Shown here piece after piece: positions 63,339 to 64,000 of a DNA stretch of 64,000 nucleotides (position 1 is its first letter; each line of letters starts with the position of its first letter). The translations under genes were made by a program, and so were the position numbers. The stretch spans positions 7,765,162 to 7,829,161 of the forward strand of contig NC_058133.1 of NCBI RefSeq assembly GCF_016433145.1, written 5' to 3'. The DNA is from Gracilinanus agilis (Eukaryota). The notes under the pieces are model-generated. The model saw only the letters and a program-made list of their open reading frames with translations, was not told the origin of the DNA and searched no databases.

Positions 63339-64000
63339 ATGAGGAAGCTGGAATTGTGGATATAGAACTTGATTCAAGCCAAGGAAGACCCGCATTCCAG
63401 TCCTGCCTCTGATACATCCTGCTGGGCGACCTGGAGCCAATCGCTGGACGTCTGAAAGCCTCAAAGAATCCAGAATCCAGAGAGGAATCCAGAGAGGGAC
63501 CTGAAATCCCAAAGCTAGTCTCTGTCCTCGTGAAGAATAAATCCGTGTTTTCGCTGCTCGCCAGAGAGCCCAAAAATAAGAAATTCTGTCCTCGGACCAT
63601 CTCGTACCCTCCCAGATACATGCTAGAAGTCAGATCCTTCCTGTCCAATGACAGAGTTTCAGCTAATTATGTTAGAGACAGAAGTGAAACCGTTTATCCT
63701 CCAGACATCATGGAAGCTTCCTTTTCAAGGCTCGTGCGGGCGCCTTCCTGAGTGGTGAAAGCAGAAAAGTAGCCGCCAGGCCGGAGCTCGTATGAGGCAA
63801 AGGGGACATTTTAAAAGACTCGCCTCCTGCCACGGTGATGAGGGGAAAAGCGCATTCCGGACTTGAGTGACGTTAAGTTCTTTCTTTGAATAGCTTTCCA
63901 GGAACGGGCTGCCTTCCCCGGGGAGGACTGTTCTCAGAGAGATACTGGCATGGCTGGACTGTACGAGTGGTGACCTCGGAAAAACCGGACTAGCGGGAAG

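Overview
Intronic-dominated marsupial genomic DNA. The SINE set (SINE1_Mdo-like, MAR1, WALLSI/RTE-type) points to a didelphid opossum such as Monodelphis or Gracilinanus; the species is an inference. One protein-coding gene crosses the window on the minus strand: LRRC7 (densin-180). Five consecutive coding exons are recognisable: 53566-53364, 35797-35680, 26162-26084, 6772-6683 and 1329-1273. All have canonical AG/GT ends and compatible phases, and they splice into the N-terminal LRR region from (x)[20 protein letters not shown] to ELRENHLKTLPK. The gene continues past the left edge, and its upstream exon(s) were not recognised in the 10 kb to the right. The rest is transposon-derived or unique intronic sequence: young SINEs with target-site duplications, an L1 cluster at about 8.3-17.9 kb, old L2, MIR and CR1/L3 fragments, two copies of a hAT MITE, microsatellites and six N gaps. 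I found no unrecognised long ORF, RNA gene, viral insert or self-contained novel system. The best leads are all hypotheses. (1) The hAT MITE appears to carry a CTCF-like motif, and its two copies are convergent. (2) A consensus second donor 73 nt past the 90-nt exon would create a poison isoform. (3) A stop-free segment in frame with the first recognised exon ends at a GT just upstream of it. (4) A 321-nt two-exon block would give a stop-free circular ORF and is bracketed by inverted young SINEs. (5) The first exon and nearby old repeats show a GC/CpG bias suggestive of GC-biased gene conversion.
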